Assembly: GCF_001194135.2 (NCBI RefSeq)
Contig: NC_068996.1
Span: 54,981,617-55,045,616, forward strand
Origin: Octopus bimaculoides
Taxonomy: Eukaryota
Length of the DNA stretch: 64,000 nt
Direction: 5' to 3'
Shown: one piece after another, positions 63,126 to 64,000 of the stretch
How positions within the stretch are numbered: the stretch's first letter is position 1
How the letters are laid out: every line of letters begins with the position of its first letter
Translations under genes and position numbers: made by a program
Notes under the pieces: generated by a model
Database searches by the model: none
What the model saw: the letters and a program-made list of their open reading frames with translations, nothing else
What the model was told of the DNA's origin: nothing

Positions 63126-64000
63126 ACCACAGATTTCATGAAAGAGTTTTGTAAACGTCATTATGTTGTTATCTGAGCTAGAGTGTATTCTAATATCCTT
63201 TACTATTTATAAGAAATATGTTATTTTAATCTTTACATGAACCACCAGACTGTATAGCTTCTGTTTTATACCAAATTTTGTAGTTTAATCCTTTAGCATT
63301 CTGGCAAACGTAATGCTTATTTATCCACATTGTTTTGAATTAATCATGTATTATCTTGTAGGATTGAGATTTTAATGATGTGATTGTTTATTTGTAGAAC
63401 GACATTATAGGGTAGGTGAGAGAGGCCAGATCTGACCAGTGTAAACATAAAACTGGTAGAACATTTGGGTCAGATTTGACTGGTTCATATGCTAAAGGGT
63501 TAAATAGGGTGCTAGAGATTTATAATTTTTACTAGAAACTCTGTTATATATTATCAGGAAGCAAACAGAATTAAATAAAAAAATGTCAAGAATTAAAAAA
63601 AAAAAATGGCTGCTGCAGCTTGGAACTTAAATAACAAACTTATTAATAAGCATGAGTCTATTATATTGTCTCTTCAATTAACTCATACATGTTATTCTAA
63701 TATTGGATTGAACTTATGACAGAACCACTTCGCAGACATTGTACCTGCTAAAAAAAAAAACAGCCAAAATCCTTTTAAGCAAACCTCACTGTCTTGAAAA
63801 GGTAAGGCATATTGGATAATGTAATCCTAGATATGTTAAAAAATTTGGCTGGAATGACTTCGATTATTGGTCTGGTCAATTAGGAAAGATTTAGATGTTA
63901 AACAGTAACACCATTGTTTTGAGATATCTATATAATACTTTTTTGTCAAATGTTTTCCAAAATAAAAAAATAAAAACTTTTAATTTGGATTTAAAGCATC

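Noticed and set aside
63723-63801. Candidate CDAN1 exon 11 (gacAG|AACC...AAG|GTAAGG), open in the incoming phase
   Set aside because: No pyrimidine tract, no similarity to the expected LQERL...FFRDF segment, and it contains an A11 run. At most a cryptic or poison exon.

Overview
AT-rich, repeat-dense eukaryotic genomic DNA with four large scaffold gaps and three 10-N gaps. The SINE/LINE families look cephalopod (Octopus-like); this is recognition from memory, not a database result. Two spliced genes lie head-to-head, their start codons about 10.5 kb apart. On the minus strand is ubinuclein (UBN1/UBN2/yemanuclein family, HIRA H3.3 chaperone complex): three coding exons reconstructed (27346-27513, 8033-8131, 1983-2093), with the gene continuing into the first gap or off the left edge. 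On the plus strand is codanin-1 (CDAN1/discs lost, ASF1 regulator): ten in-phase GT-AG coding exons from 37990 to 61672, continuing off the right edge. Both products act in the ASF1-centred histone H3-H4 supply pathway. Introns and the intergenic spacer are filled with tRNA-derived SINEs, 5'-truncated RTE-clade LINEs with (GAT)n tails, CR1- and CRE-like LINE fragments, mariner relics, a Helitron Rep fragment, TTAA-flanked piggyBac-like MITEs, and several GG...CC-ended, 8-bp-TSD (Merlin-like) MITEs, some carrying telomere-type TTAGGG repeats. Most ORFs in the supplied track are microsatellite, gap or repeat artefacts. No tRNA, rRNA or CRISPR features were seen.
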